A stretch of 64,000 nt of DNA from contig NW_021831832.1 in the NCBI RefSeq assembly GCF_006345805.1, forward strand, positions 408 through 64,407. The letters run 5' to 3'. Origin of the DNA: Octopus sinensis. Taxonomy: Eukaryota. This document shows positions 10,501 through 25,275 of this stretch, piece after piece. Each line of letters starts with the position of its first letter. Position 1 is the first letter of the stretch. Both the position numbers and the translations under genes were made by a program. Below the pieces are notes generated by a model. That model was not told where the DNA came from. It did not search any database and saw only the letters and a list, made by a program, of their open reading frames with translations.

Positions 10501-13500
10501 ACATAAAAACACCATTCAAGTGTGGTCATTGCCAGTGGCATGTAAAAAGCACCATTCGAGCATGGTCGATGCCAGTGTTACCAGACTGGCTCCTGTGCCA
10601 GTGGCATGTAAGAAGCACCATTTGAGCATGGTCGATACCTGACTGGCTCCTGTGCCAGTGACACATAAAAGCACCATTCAAGTGTGGTCATTGCCAGTGG
10701 AATGTAAAAAGCACCATTCGAGCATGATCGTTGCCAGTGTTACCAGACTGGCTCCTGTGCCAGTGGCATGTAAAAAGCACTATTTGAGCATGGTCGATGC
10801 CTGACTGGCTCCTGTGCCAGTGACACATAAAAACACCATTCAAGTGTGGTCATTGCCAGTGGCATGTAAAAGCACCATTTGAGCATGGTCGATGCCTGAC
10901 TGGCTCCTGTGCCAGTGACACATAAAAACACCATTCAAGTGTGGTCATTGCCACTGGCATGTAAAAAGCACCATTCGAGCATGGTCGATGCCAGTGTTAC
11001 CAGACTGGCTCCTGTGCCAGTGGCATGTAAGAAGCACCATTTGAGCATGGTCGATACCTGACTGGCTCCTGTGCCAGTGACACATAAAAACACCATTCAA
11101 GTGTGGTCATTGCCACTGGCATGTAAAAGCACCATTTGAGCATGGTCGATGCCTGACTGGCTCCTGTGCCAGTGACACATAAAAACACCATTCAAGTGTG
11201 GTCATTGCCAGTGGCATGTAAAAAGCACCATTCGAGCATGGTCGATGCCAGTGTTACCAGACTGGCTCCTGTGCCAGTGGCATGTAAAAAGCACCATTTG
11301 AGCATGGTCGATGCCTGACTGGCTCCTGTGCCAGTGACACATAAAAACACCATTCAAGTGTGGTCATTGCCAGTGGCATGTAAAAAGCACCATTCGAGCA
11401 TGGTCGATGCCAGTGTTACCAGACTGGCTCCTGTGCCAGTGGCATGTAAGAAGCACCATTTGAGCATGGTCGATACCTGACTGGCTCCTGTGCCAGTGAC
11501 ACATAAAAGCACCATTCAAGTGTGGTCATTGCCAGTGGCATGTAAAAAGCACCATTCGAGCATGATCGTTGCCAGTGTTACCAGACTGGCTCCTGTGCCA
11601 GTGGCATGTAAAAAGCACCATTTGAGCATGGTCGATGCCTGACTGGCTCCTGTGCCAGTGACACATAAAAACACCATTCAAGTGTGGTCATTGCCAGTGG
11701 CATGTAAAAAGCACCATTCGAGCATGGTCGATGCCAGTGTTACCAGACTGGCTCCTGTGCCAGTGGCATGTAAGAAGCACCATTTGAGCATGGTCGATAT
11801 CTGACTGGCTCCTGTGCCAGTGACACATAAAAGCACCATTCAAGTGTGGTCATTGCCAGTGGCATGTAAAAAGCACCATTCGAGCATGGTCGATGCCAGT
11901 GTTACCAGACTGGCTCCTGTGCCAGTGGCATGTAAGAAGCACCATTTGAGCATGGTCGATGCCTGACTGGCACCTGTGCCAGTGACACATAAAAACACCA
12001 TTCAAGTGTGGTCATTGCCAGTGGCATGTAAAAAGCACCATTCGAGCATGGTCGATGCCAGTGTTACCAGACTGGCTCCTGTGCCAGTGGCATGTAAGAA
12101 GCACCATTTGAGCATGGTCGATGCCTGACTGGCTCCTGTGCCAGTGACACATAAAAGCACCATTCAAGTGTGGTCATTGCCAGTGGCATGTAAAAGCACC
12201 ATTCGAGCATGATCGTTGCCAGTGTTACCAGACTGGCTCCTGTGCCAGTGGCATGTAAATAGCACCATTTGAGCATAGTCGATGCCTGACTGGCTCCTGT
12301 GCCAGTGACACATAAAAACACCATTCAAGTGTGGTCATTACCAGTGGCATGTAAAAAGCACCATTCGAGCATGATCGTTGCCAGTGTTACCAGACTGGCT
12401 CCTGTGCCAGTGGCATGTAAGAAGCACCATTTGAGCATGGTCGATGCCTGACTGGCTACTGTGCCAGTGGCACATAAAAACACCATTCAAGTGTGGTCAT
12501 TGCCAGTGGCATGTAAAAAGCACCATTCGAGCATGATCGTTGCCAGTGTTACCAGACTGGCTCCTGTGCCAGTGGCATGTAAAAAGCACCATTTGAGCAT
12601 GGTCGATGCCTGACTGGCTCCTGTGCCAGTGACACATAAAAACCCCATTCAAGTGTGGTCATTGCCAGTGGCATGTAAAAAGCACCATTCGAGCATGATC
12701 GTTGCCAGTGTTACCAGACTGGCTCCTGTGCCAGTGGCATGTAAGAAGCACCATTTGAGCATGGTCGATGGCTGACTGGCTACTGTGCCAGTGGCACATA
12801 AAAACACCATTCAAGTGTGGTCATTGCCAGTGGCATGTAAAAAGCACCATTCGAGCATGATCGTTGCCAGTGTTACCAGACTGGCTCCTGTGCCAGTGGC
12901 ATGTAAAAAGCACCATTTGAGCATGGTCGATGCCTGACTGGCTCCTGTGCCAGTGACACATAAAAACCCCATTCAAGTGTGGTCATTGCCAGTGGCATGT
13001 AAAAAGCACCATTCGAGCATGATCGTTGCCAGTGTTACCAGACTGGCTCCTGTGCCAGTGGCATGTAAAAAGCACCATTTGAGCATGGTCGATGCCTGAC
13101 TGGCTCCTGTGCCAGTGACACATAAAAACCCCATTCAAGTGTGGTCATTACCAGTGGCATGTACAAAGCACCATTCGAGCATGATCGTTGCCAGTGTTAC
13201 CAGACAGGCTCCTGTGCCAGTGGCATGTAAAAAGCACCATTTGAGCATGGTCGATACCTGACTGGCTCCTGTGCCAGTGACACATAAAAACACCATTCAA
13301 GTGTGGTCATTACCAGTGGCATGTAAAAAGCACCATTCGAGCATGATCGTTGCCAGTGTTACCAGACTGGCTCCTGTGCCAGTGGCATGTAAAAAGCACC
13401 ATTTGAGCATGGTCGATACCTGACTGGCTCCTGTGCCAGTGACACATAAAAACCCCATTCAAGTGTGGTCATTGCCAGTGGCATGTAAAAGCACCATTCG

Positions 13501-16500
13501 AGCATGATCGTTGCCAGTGTTACCAGACTGGCTCCTGTGCCAGAGGCATGTAAAAGCACCATTTGAGCATGGTCGATGCCTGACTGGCTACTGTGCCAGT
13601 GGAACATAAAAACACCATTCAAGTGTGGTCATTACCAGTGGCATGTACAAAGCACCATTCGAGCATGATCGTTGCCAGTGTTACCAGACAGGCTCCTGTG
13701 CCAGTGGCATGTAAAAAGCACCATTTGAGCATGGTCGATGCCTGACTGGCTCCTGTGCCAGTGACACATAAAAACACCATTCAAGTGTGGTCATTACCAG
13801 TGGCATGTAAAAAGCACCATTCGAGCATGATCGTTGCCAGTGTTACCAGACTGGCTCCTGTGCCAGTGACATGTAAAAAGCACCATTTGAGCATGGTCGA
13901 TGCCTGACTGGCTACTGTGCCAGTGGCACATAAAAACACTATTCAAGTGTGGTCATTGCCAGTGGCATGTAAAAAGCACCATTCGAACATGATCGTTGCC
14001 AGTGTTACCAGACTGGCTCCTGTGCCAGAGGCATGTAAAAAGCACCATTTGAGCATGGTCGATGCCTGACTGGCTACTGTGCCAGTGGCACATAAAAACA
14101 CCATTCAAGTGTGGTCATTGCCAGTGGCATGTAAAAAGCACCATTCGAGCATGATCGTTGCCAGTGTTACCAGACTGGCTCCTGTGCCAGTGGCATGTAA
14201 GAAGCACCATTTGAGCATGGTCGATGCCTGACTGGCTACTGTGCCAGTGGCACATAAAAACACCATTCAAGTGTGGTCATTGCCAGTGGCATGTAAAAAG
14301 CACCATTCGAGCATGATCGTTGCCAGTGTTACCAGACTGGCTCCTGTGCCAGTGGCATGTAAAAAGCACCATTTGAGCATGGTCGATGCTGACTGGCTCC
14401 TGTGCCAGTGACACATAAAAACACCATTCAAATGTGGTCATTGCCACTGGCATGTAAAAAGCACCATTTGAGCATGGTCGATGCCTGACTGGCTGCTGTG
14501 CCAGTGACACATAAAAACACGATTCAAGTGTGGTCATTGCCAGTGGCATGTAAAAAGCACCATTCGAGCATGGTCGATGCCTGACTGGCTCCTGTGCCAG
14601 TGACACATAAAAACACCATTCAAGTGTGGTCATTGCCAGTGGCATGTAAAAAGCACCATTTGAGCATGGTCGATGCCTGACTGGCTGCTGTGCCAGTGAC
14701 ACATAAAAACACGATTCAAGTGTGGTCATTGCCAGTGGCATGTAAAAAGCACCATTCGAGCATGATCGTTGCCAGTGTTACCAGACTGGCTCCTGTGCCA
14801 GAGGCATGTAAAAAGCACCATTTGAGCATGGTCGATACCTGACTGGCTCCTGTGCCAGTGACACATAAAAACCCCATTCAAGTGTGGTCATTGCCAGTGG
14901 CATGTAAAAAGCACCATTCGAGCATGATCGTTGCCAGTGTTACCAGACTGGCTCCTGTGCCAGAGGCATGTAAAAAGCACCATTTGAGCATGGTCGATAC
15001 CTGACTGGCTCCTGTGCCAGTGACACATAAAAACCCCATTCAAGTGTGGTCATTGCCAGTGGCATGTAAAAAGCACCATTCGAGCATGATCGTTGCCAGT
15101 GTTACCAGACTGGCTCCTGTGCCAGAGGCATGTAAAAAGCACCATTTGAGCATGGTCGATACCTGACTGGCTCCTGTGCCAGTGACACATAAAAACCCCA
15201 TTCAAGTGTGGTCATTGCCAGTGGCATGTAAAAAGCACCATTCGAGCATGATCGTTGCCAGTGTTACCAGAGTGGCTCCTGTGCCAGAGGCATGTAAAAA
15301 GCACCATTTGAGCATGGTCGATACCTGACTGGCTCCTGTGCCAGTGATACATAAAAACCCCATTCAAGTGTGGTCATTACCAGTGGCATGTAAAAGCACC
15401 ATTCGAGCATGATCGTTGCCAGTGTTACCAGACTGGCTCCTGTGCCAGAGGCATGTAAAAAGCACCATTTGAGCATGGTCGATACCTGACTGGCTCCTGT
15501 GCCAGTGACACATAAAAACACCATTCAAGTGTCGTCATTGCCAGTGGCATGTAAAAAGCACCATTCGAGCATGATCGTTGCCAGTGTTACCAGACTGGCT
15601 CCTGTGCCAGTGACATGTAAAAAGCACCATTTGAGCATGGTCGATGCCTGACTGGCTCCTGTGCCAGTGGCATGTAAAAAGCACCATTTGAGCATGGTCG
15701 ATGCCTGACTGGCTCCTGTGCCAGTGGCACATAAAAACACCATTCAAGTGTGGTCATTGCCAGTGGCATGTAAAAAGCACCATTCGAGCATGATCGTTGC
15801 CAGTGTTACCAGACTGGCTCCTGTGCCAGTGTCATGTAAAAGCACCATTTGAGCATGGCCGATGCCTGACTGGCTCCTGTGCCAGTGGGACATAAAAACA
15901 CCATTCAAGTGTGGTCATTGCCAGTGGCATGTAAAAAGCACCATTCGAGCATGATCGTTGCCAGTGTTACCAGACTGGCTCCTGTGCCAGTGGCATGTAA
16001 AAAGCACCATTTGAGCATGGTCGATACCTGACTGGCTCCTGTGCCAGTGACACATAAAAACACCATTCAAGTGTGGTCATTGCCAGTGGCATGTAAAAAG
16101 CACCATTCGAGCATGATCGTTGCCAGTGTTACCAGACTGGCTCCTGTGCCAGTGGCATGTAAAAAGCACCATTTGAGCATGGCCGATGCCTGACTGGCTC
16201 CTGTGCCAGTGGCACATAAAAACACCATTCAAGTGTGGTCATTGCCAGTGGCATGTAAAAAGCACCATTCGAGCATGATCGTTGCCAGTGTTACCAGACT
16301 GGCTCCTGTGCCAGTGACACATAAAAACACCATTCAAGTGTGGTCATTGCCAGTGGCATGTAAAAAGCACCATTCGAGCATGATCGTTGCCAGTGTTACC
16401 AGACTGGCTCCTGTGCCAGTGGCATGTAAAAAGCACCATTTGAGCATGGTCGATGCCTGACTGGCTCCTGTGCCAGTGACACATAAAAACACCATTCAAG

Positions 16501-19500
16501 TGTGGTCATTGCCAGTGGCATGTAAAAAGCACCATTCGAGCATGATCGTGCCAGTGTTACCAGACTGGCTCCTGTGCCAGTGGCACATAAAAACACCATT
16601 CAAGTGTGGTCATTGCCAGTGGCATGTAAAAGCACCATTCGAGCATGATCGTTGCCAGTGTTACCAGACTGGCTCCTGTGCCAGTGGCACATAAAAACAC
16701 ACCATTCAAGTGTGGTCATTGCCAGTGGCATGTAAAAAGCACCATTCGAGCATGATCGTTGCCAGTGTTACCAGACTGGCTCCTGTGCCAGTGACACATA
16801 AAAACACCATTCAAGTGTGGTCATTGCCAGTGGCATGTAAAAAGCACCATTCGAGCATGATCGTTGCCAGTGTTACCAGACTGGCTCCTGTGCCAGTGGC
16901 ATGTAAAAAGCACCATTTGAGCATGGTCGATACCTGACTGGCTCCTGTGCCAGTGACACATAAAAACACCATTCAAGTGTGGTCATTGCCAGTGGCATGT
17001 AAAAAGCACCATTCGAGCATGATCGTTGCCAGTGTTACCAGACTGGCTCCTGTGCCAGTGACATGTAAAAAGCACCATTTGAGCATGGCCGATGCCTGAC
17101 TGGCTGCTGTGCCAGTGACACATAAAAACACCATTCAAGTGTGGTCATTGCCAGTGGCATGTAAAAGCACCATTCGAGCATGATCGTTGCCAGTGTTACC
17201 AGACTGGCTCCTGTGCCAGTGACACATAAAAACACCATTCAAGTGTGGTCATTGCCAGTGGCATGTAAAAAGCACCATTTGAGCATGGTCGATGCCAGTG
17301 TTACCAGACTGGCTCCTGTGCCAGTGACATGTAAAAAGCACCATTTGAGCATGGCCGATGCCTGACTGGCTGCTGTGCCAGTGACACATAAAAACACCAT
17401 TCAATGTGGTCATTGCCAGTGGCATGTAAAAGCACCATTCGAGCATGATCGTTGCCAGTGTTACCAGACTGGCTCCTGTGCCAGTGACACATAAAAACAC
17501 CATTCAAGTGTGGTCATTGCCACTGGCATGTAAAAAGCACCTTTTGAGCATGGTCGATGCCTGACTGGCTCCTGTGCCAGTGACACATAAAAACACCATT
17601 CAAGTGTAGTCATTGCCAGTGGCATGTAAAAAGCACCATTCGAGCATGATCGTTGCCAGTGTTACCAGACTGGCTCCTGTGCCAGTGGCATGTAAAAAGC
17701 ACCATTTGAGCATAGTCGATGCCTGACTGGCTCCTGTGCCAGTGACACATCAAAACACCATTCAAGTGTGGTCATTGCCAGTGGCATGTAAAAAGCACCA
17801 TTCGAGCATGGTCGATGCCTGACTGGCTCCTGTGCCAGTGACACATAAAAACACCATTCAAGTGTGGTCATTGCCAGTGGCATGTAAAAAGCACCATTCG
17901 AGCATGGTCGATGCCTGACTGGCTGCTGTGCCAGTGGCACATAAAAACACCATTCAAGTGTGGTCATTGCCAGTGGCATGTAAAAGCACCATTCGAGCAT
18001 GATCGTTGCCAGTGTTACCAGACTGGCTCCTGTGCCAGTGACATGTAAAAAGCACCGTTTGAGCATGGTCGATGCCTGACTGGCTCCTGTGCCAGTGACA
18101 CATAAAAACACCATTCAAGTGTGGTCATTGCCAGTGGCATGTAAAAAGCACCATTCGAGCATGATCGTTGCCAGTGTTACCAGACTGGCTCCTGTGCCAG
18201 TGACATGTAAAAAGCACCGTTTGAGCATGGTCGATGCCTGACTGGCTGCTGTGCCAGTGGCACATAAAAACACCATTCAAGTGTGGTCATTGCCAGTGGC
18301 ATGTAAAAAGCACCATTCGAGCATGATCGTTGCCAGTGTTACCAGACTGGCTCCTGTGCCAGTGACATGTAAAAAGCACCATTCGAGCATGGTCGATGCC
18401 TGACTGGCTCCTGTGCCAGTGACACATAAAAACACCATTCAAGTGTGGTCATTGCCAGTGGCATGTAAAAAGCACCATTCGAGCATGATCGTTGCCAGTG
18501 TTACCAGACTGGCTCCTGTGCCAGTGACATGTAAAAAGCACCGTTTGAGCATGGTCGATGCCTGACTGGCTCCTGTGCCAGTGACACATAAAAACACCAT
18601 TCAAGTGTGGTCATTGCCAGTGGCATGTAAAAAGCACCATTCGAGCATGATCGTTGCCAGTGTTACCAGACTGTCTCCTGTGCCAGTGGCATGTAAAAAG
18701 CACCATTTGAGCATGGCCGATGCCTGACTGGCTCCTGTGCCAGTGGCACATAAAAACACCATTCAAGTGTGGTCATTGCCAGTGGCATGTAAAAAGCACC
18801 ATTCGAGCATGATCGTTGCCAGTGTTACCAGACTGGCTCCTGTGCCAGTGACATGTAAAAAGCACCATTTGAGCATGGTCGATGGCTGACTGGCTACTGT
18901 GCCAGTGGCACATAAAAACACCATTCAAGTGTGGTCATTGCCAGTGGCATGTAAAAAGCACCATTCGAGCATGATCGTTGCCAGTGTTACCAGACTGGCT
19001 CCTGTGCCAGTGGCATGTAAAAAGCACCATTTGAGCATAGTCGATGCCTGACTGGCTCCTGTGCCAGTGGCACATAAAAACACCATTCAAGTGTGGTCAT
19101 TGCCAGTGGCATGTAAAAAGCACCATTCGAGCATGATCGTTGCCAGTGTTACCAGACTGGCTCCTGTGCCAGTGGCATGTAAAAAGCACCATTTGAGCAT
19201 AGTCGATGCCTGACTGGCTACTGTGCCAGTGGCACATAAAAACACCATTCAAGTGTGGTCATTGCCAGTGGCATGTAAAAAGCACCATTCGAGCATGATC
19301 GTTGCCAGTGTTGCCAGACTGGCCCCTGTGCCAGTGGCATGTAAAAAAGCACATTTGAGCATGGTCGATGCCTGACTGGCTCCTGTGCCAGTGACACATA
19401 AAAACACCATTCAAGTGTGGTCATTGCCAGTGGCATGTAAAAAGCCCATTCGAGCATGATCGTTGCCAGTGTTGCCAGACTGGCCCCTGTGCCAGTGGCA

Positions 19501-22500
19501 TGTAAAAAGCACCATTTGAGCATGGTCGATGCCTGACTGGCTCCTGTGCCAGTGACACATAAAAGCACCATTCAAGTGTGGTCATTGCCAGTGGCATGTA
19601 AAAAGCACCATTCGAGCATGATCGTTGCCAGTGTTACCAGACTGGCCCCTGTGCCAGTGACATGTTAAAAGCACCATTTGAGCATGGTCGATGCCTGACT
19701 GGCTCCTGTGCCAGTGACACATAAAAACACCATTCAAGTGTGGTCATTGCCAGTGGCATGTAAAAGCACCATTCGAGCATGATCGTTGCCAGTGTTACCA
19801 GACTGGCCCCTGTGCCAGTGGCATGTAAAAAGCACCATTTGAGCATGGTCGATGCCTGACTGGCTCCTGTGCCAGTGGCACATAAAAACACCATTCAAGT
19901 GTGGTCATTGCCAGTGGCATGTAAAAAGCACCATTCGAGCATGATCGTTGCCAGTGTTGCCAGACTGGCCCCTGTGCCAGTGGCATGTAAAAAGCACCAT
20001 TTGAGCATGGTCGATGCCTGACTGGCTCCTGTGCCAGTGACACATAAAACACACCATTCAAGTGTGGTCATTGCCAGTGCATGTAAAAAGCACCATTCGA
20101 GCATGATCGTTGCCAGTGTTGCCAGACTGGCCCCTGTGCCAGTGGCATGTAAAAGCACCATTTGAGCATGGTCGATGCCTGACTGGCTCCTGTGCCAGTG
20201 ACACATAAAAACACATTCAAGTGTGGTCATTGCCAGTGGCATGTAAAAAGCACCATTCGAGCATAATCGTTGCCAGTGTTGCCAGACTGGCCCCTGTGCC
20301 AGTGGCATGTAAAAAGCACCATTTGAGCATGGTCGATACCTGACTGGCTCCTGTGCCAGTGACACATAAAAACACCATTCAAGTGTGGTCATTGCCAGTG
20401 GCATGTAAAAAGCACCATTCGAGCATGATCGTTGCCAGTGTTACCAGACTGGCTCCTGTGCCAGTGACATGTAAAAAGCACATTTGAGCATGGCCGATGC
20501 CTGACTGGCTGCTGTGCCAGTGACACATAAAAACACCATTCAAGTGTGGTCATTGCCAGTGGCATGTAAAAAGCACCATTCGAGCATGATCGTTGCCAGT
20601 GTTACCAGACTGGCTCCTGTGCCAGTGACACATAAAAACACCATTCAAGTGTGGTCATTGCCAGTGGCATGTAAAAAGCACCATTTGAGCATGGTCGATG
20701 CCTGACTGGCTCCTGTGCCAGTGGCACATAAAAACACCATTCAAGTGTGGTCATTGCCAGTGGCATGTAAAAAGCACCATTCGAGCATGATCGTTGCCAG
20801 TGTTACCAGACTGGCTCCTGTGCCAGTGACACATAAAAACACCATTCAAGTGTGGTCATTGCCAGTGGCATGTAAAAAGCACCATTTGAGCATGTCGATG
20901 CCTGACTGGCTCCTGTGCCAGTGGCACATAAAAACACCATTCAAGTGTGGTCATTGCCAGTGGCATGTAAAAGCACCATTCGAGCATGATCGTTGCCAGT
21001 GTTACCAGACTGGCTCCTGTGCCAGTGACACATAAAAACCACCATTCAAGTGTAGTCATTGCCAGTGGCATGTAAAAAGCACCATTTGAGCATGGTCGAT
21101 GCCTGACTGGCTCCTGTGCCAGTGACACATAAAAACACCATTCAAGTGTGGTCATTGCCAGTGGCATGTAAAAAGCACCATTCGAGCATGATCGTTGCCA
21201 GTGTTACCAGACTGTCTCCTGTGCCAGTGACACATAAAAACACCATTCAAGTGTGGTCATTACCAGTGGCATGTAAAAGCACCATTTGAGCATGATCGTT
21301 GCCAGTGTTACCAGACTGGCTCCTGTGCCAATGGCATGTAAAAAGCACCATTTGAGCATGGTCGATGCCTGACTGGCTCCTGTGCCAGTGACACATAAAA
21401 CACACCATTCAAGTGTGGTCATTGCCAGTGGCATGTAAAAAGCACCATTCGAGCATGGTCGATGCCTGACTGGCTCCTGTGCCAGTGACACAAAAAACAC
21501 CATTCAAGTGTGGTCATTGCCAGTGGCATGTAAAAAGCACCATTCGAGCATGGTCGATGCCTGACTGGCTGCTGTGCCAGTGGCACATAAAAACACCATT
21601 CAAGTGTGGTCATTGCCAGTGGCATGTAAAAAGCACCATTCGAGCATGGTCGATGCCTGACTGGCTGCTGTGCCAGTGGCACATAAAAACACCATTCAAG
21701 TGTGGTCATTGCCAGTGGCATGTAAAAAGCACCATTCAAGCATGATCGTTGCCAGTGTTACCAGACTGGCTCCTGTGCCAGTGACATGTAAAAAGCACCG
21801 TTTGAGCATGGTCGATGCCTGACTGGCTCCTGTGCCAGTGACACATAAAAACACCATTCAAGTGTGGTCATTGCCAGTGGCATGTAAAAAGCACCATTCG
21901 AGCATGATCGTTGCCAGTGTTACCAGACTGTTTCCTGTGCCAGTGGCATGTAAAAAGCACCATTTGAGCATGGCCGATGCCTGACTGGCTCCTGTGCCAG
22001 TGGCACATAAAAACACCATTCAAGTGTGGTCATTGCCAGTGGCATGTAAAAAGCACCATTCGAGCATGATCGTTGCCAGTGTTACCAGACTGGCTCCTGT
22101 GCCAGTGACATGTAAAAAGCACCATTTGAGCATGGTCGATGGCTGACTGGCTACTGTGCCAGTGGCACATAAAAACACCATTCAAGTGTGGTCATTGCCA
22201 GTGGCATGTAAAAAGCACCATTCGAGCATGATCGTTGCCAGTGTTACCAGACTGGCTCCTGTGCCAGTGGCATGTAAAAAGCACCATTTGTGCATAGTCG
22301 ATGCCTGACTGGCTCCTGTGCCAGTGGCACATAAAAACACCATTCAAGTGTGGTCATTGCCAGTGGCATGTAAAAAGCACCATTCGAGCATGATCGTTGC
22401 CAGTGTTACCAGACTGGCTCCTGTGCCAGTGGCATGTAAAAAGCACCATTTGAGCATAGTCGATGCCTGACTGGCTACTGTGCCAGTGGCACATAAAAAC

Positions 22501-25275
22501 ACCATTCAAGTGTGGTTCATTGCCAGTGGCATGTAAAAAGCACCATTCGAGCATGATCGTTGCCAGTGTTGCCAGACTGGCCCCTGTGCCAGTGGCATGT
22601 AAAAAGCACCATTGAGCATGGTCGATGCCTGACTGGCTCCTGTGCCAGTGACATAAAAACACCATTCAAGTGTGGTCATTGCCAGTGGCATGTAAAAAGC
22701 ACCATTCGAGCATGATCGTTGCCAGTGTTACCAGACTGGCCCCTGTGCCAGTGGCATGTAAAAGCACCATTTGAGCATGGTCGATGCCTGACTGGCTCCT
22801 GTGCCAGTGACACATAAAAACACCATTCAAGTGTGGTCATTGCCAGTGGCATGTAAAAAGCACCATTCGAGCATGATCGTTGCTAGTGTTGCCAGACTGG
22901 CCCCTGTGCCAGTGGCATGTAAAAGCACCATTTGAGCATGGTCGATGCCTGACTGGCTCCTGTGCCAGTGGCACATAAAAACACCATTCAAGTGTGGTCA
23001 TTGCCAGTGGCAATGTAAAAAGCACCATTCGAGCATGATCGTTGCCAGTGTTGCCAGACTGGCCCCTGTGCCAGTGGCATGTAAAAGCACCATTTGAGCA
23101 TGGTCGATGCCTGACTGGCTCCTGTGTCAGTGACACATAAAAACACCATTCAAGTGTGGTCATTGCCAGTGGCATGTAAAAAGCACCATTCGAGCATGAT
23201 CGTTGCCAGTGTTGCCAGACTGGCCCCTGTGCCAGTGGCATGTAAAAAGCACCATTTGAGCATGGTCGATGCCTGACTGGCTCCTGTGCCAGTGGCACAT
23301 AAAAACACCATTCAAGTGTGGTCATTGCCAGTGGCATGTAAAAGCACCATTTGAGCATGGTCGATGCCTGACTGGCTCCTGTGCCAGTGACACATAAAAA
23401 CCCATTCAAGTGTGGTCATTGCCAGTGGCATGTAAAAAAGCACATTCGAGCATGATCGTTGCCAGTGTTACCAGACTGGCTCCTGTGCCAGTGGACATGT
23501 AAAAAGCACCGTTTGAGCATGGTCGATGCCTGACTGGCTCCTGTGCCAGTGACACATAAAAACACCATTCAAGTGTGGTCATTGCCAGTGGCATGTAAAA
23601 AGCACCATTCGAGCATGATCGTTGCCAGTGTTACCAGACTGGCTCCTGTGCCAGTGACATGTAAAAAGCACCATTTGAGCATGGTCGATGGCTGACTGGC
23701 TACTGTGCCAGTGGCACATAAAAACACCATTCAAGTGTGGTCATTGCCAGTGGCATGTAAAAAGCACCATTCGAGCATGATCGTTGCCAGTGTTGCCAGA
23801 CTGGCCCCTGTGCCAGTGGCATGTAAAAAGCATCATTTGAGCATGGTCGATGCCTGACTGGCTCCTGTGCCAGTGACACATAAAAACACCATTCAAGTGT
23901 GGTCATTGCCAGTGGCATGTAAAAAGCACCATTCGAGCATGATCGTTGCCAGTGTTACCAGACTGGCTCCTGTGCCAGTGACATGTAAAAAGCACCATTT
24001 GAGCATGGTCGATGGCTGACTGGCTACTGTGCCAGTGCACATAAAACACCATTCAAGTGTGTCATTGCCAGTGGCATGTAAAAAGCACCATTCGAGCATG
24101 ATCGTTGCCAGTGTTGCCAGACTGGCCCCTGTGCCAGTGGCATAAAAAGCACCATTTGAGCAGGGTCGATGCCTGACTGGCTCCTGTGCCAGTGACACAT
24201 AAAAACACCATTCAAGTGTGGTCATTGCCAGTGGCATGTAAAAGCACCATTCGAGCATGATCGTTGCCAGTGTTACCAGACTGGCTCCTGTGCCAGTGAC
24301 ATGTAAAAAGCACCATTTGAGCATGGTCGATGCCTGACTGGCTCCTGTGCCAGTGACACATAAAAACACCATTCAAGTGTGGTCATTGCCAGTGGCATGT
24401 AAAAAGCACCATTCGAGCATGGTCGATGCCTGACTGGCTCCTGTGCCAGTGACACATAAAAACACCATTCAAGTGTGGTCATTGCCAGTGGCATGTAAAA
24501 AGCACCATTCGAGCATGATCGTTGCCAGTGTTACCAGACTGGCTCCTGTGCCAGTGACATGTAAAAAGCACCATTTGAGCATGGTCGATGCCTGACTGGC
24601 TCCTGTGCCAGTGACACATAAAAACACCATTGAAGTGTGGTCATTACCAGTGGCATGTACAAAGCACCATTCGAGCATGGTCGATGCCTGACTGGCTCCT
24701 GTGCCAGTGACACATAAAAACACCATTCAAGTGTGGTCATTGCCAGTGGCATGTAAAAAGCACCATTCGAGCATGATCGTTGCCAGTGTTGCCAGACTGG
24801 CTCCTGTGCCAGTGGCATGTAAAAAGCACCATTTGAGCATGGTCGATGCCTGACTGGCTCCTGTGCCAGTGGCACATAAAAACACCATTCAAGTGTGGTC
24901 ATTGCCAGTGGCATGTAAAAAGCACCATTCGAGCATGATCGTTGCCAGTGTTGCCAGACTGGCCCCTGTGCCAGTGGCATGTAAATAGCACCATTTGAGC
25001 ATGGTCGATGCCTGACTGGCTCCTGTGCCAGTGACACATAAAAACACCATTCAAGTGTGGTCATTGCCAGTGGCATGTAAAAAGCACCATTCGAGCATGA
25101 TCGTTGCCAGTGTTACCAGACTGGCTCCTGTGCCAGTGGCATGTAAAAAGCACCATTTGAGCATGGTCGATGCCTGACTGGCTACTGTGCCAGTGGCACA
25201 TAAAAACACCATTTGAGCGTGGTCATTGCCAGTGTCACCAGACTGGCTCCTGTGCTGGTGGAACGTAAAAGCACC
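4546..25275 (+). repeat. ~20.7-kb intronic satellite, basic higher-order unit 162 bp (subunits A 66, B 56, C 40)
   Basis: Period 162 measured directly (taccagac at 7931 and 8093). All subunits share the core gccagtg(g/a)ca..taaaaa(g)caccatt. Variant periods of 96, 105 and 257 bp also occur. Confidence 0.98.

Noticed and set aside
4546-25275. CRISPR-like regularly spaced repeats
   Set aside because: There are no unique spacers (everything is repeat), no cas genes, and the context is a eukaryotic intron.
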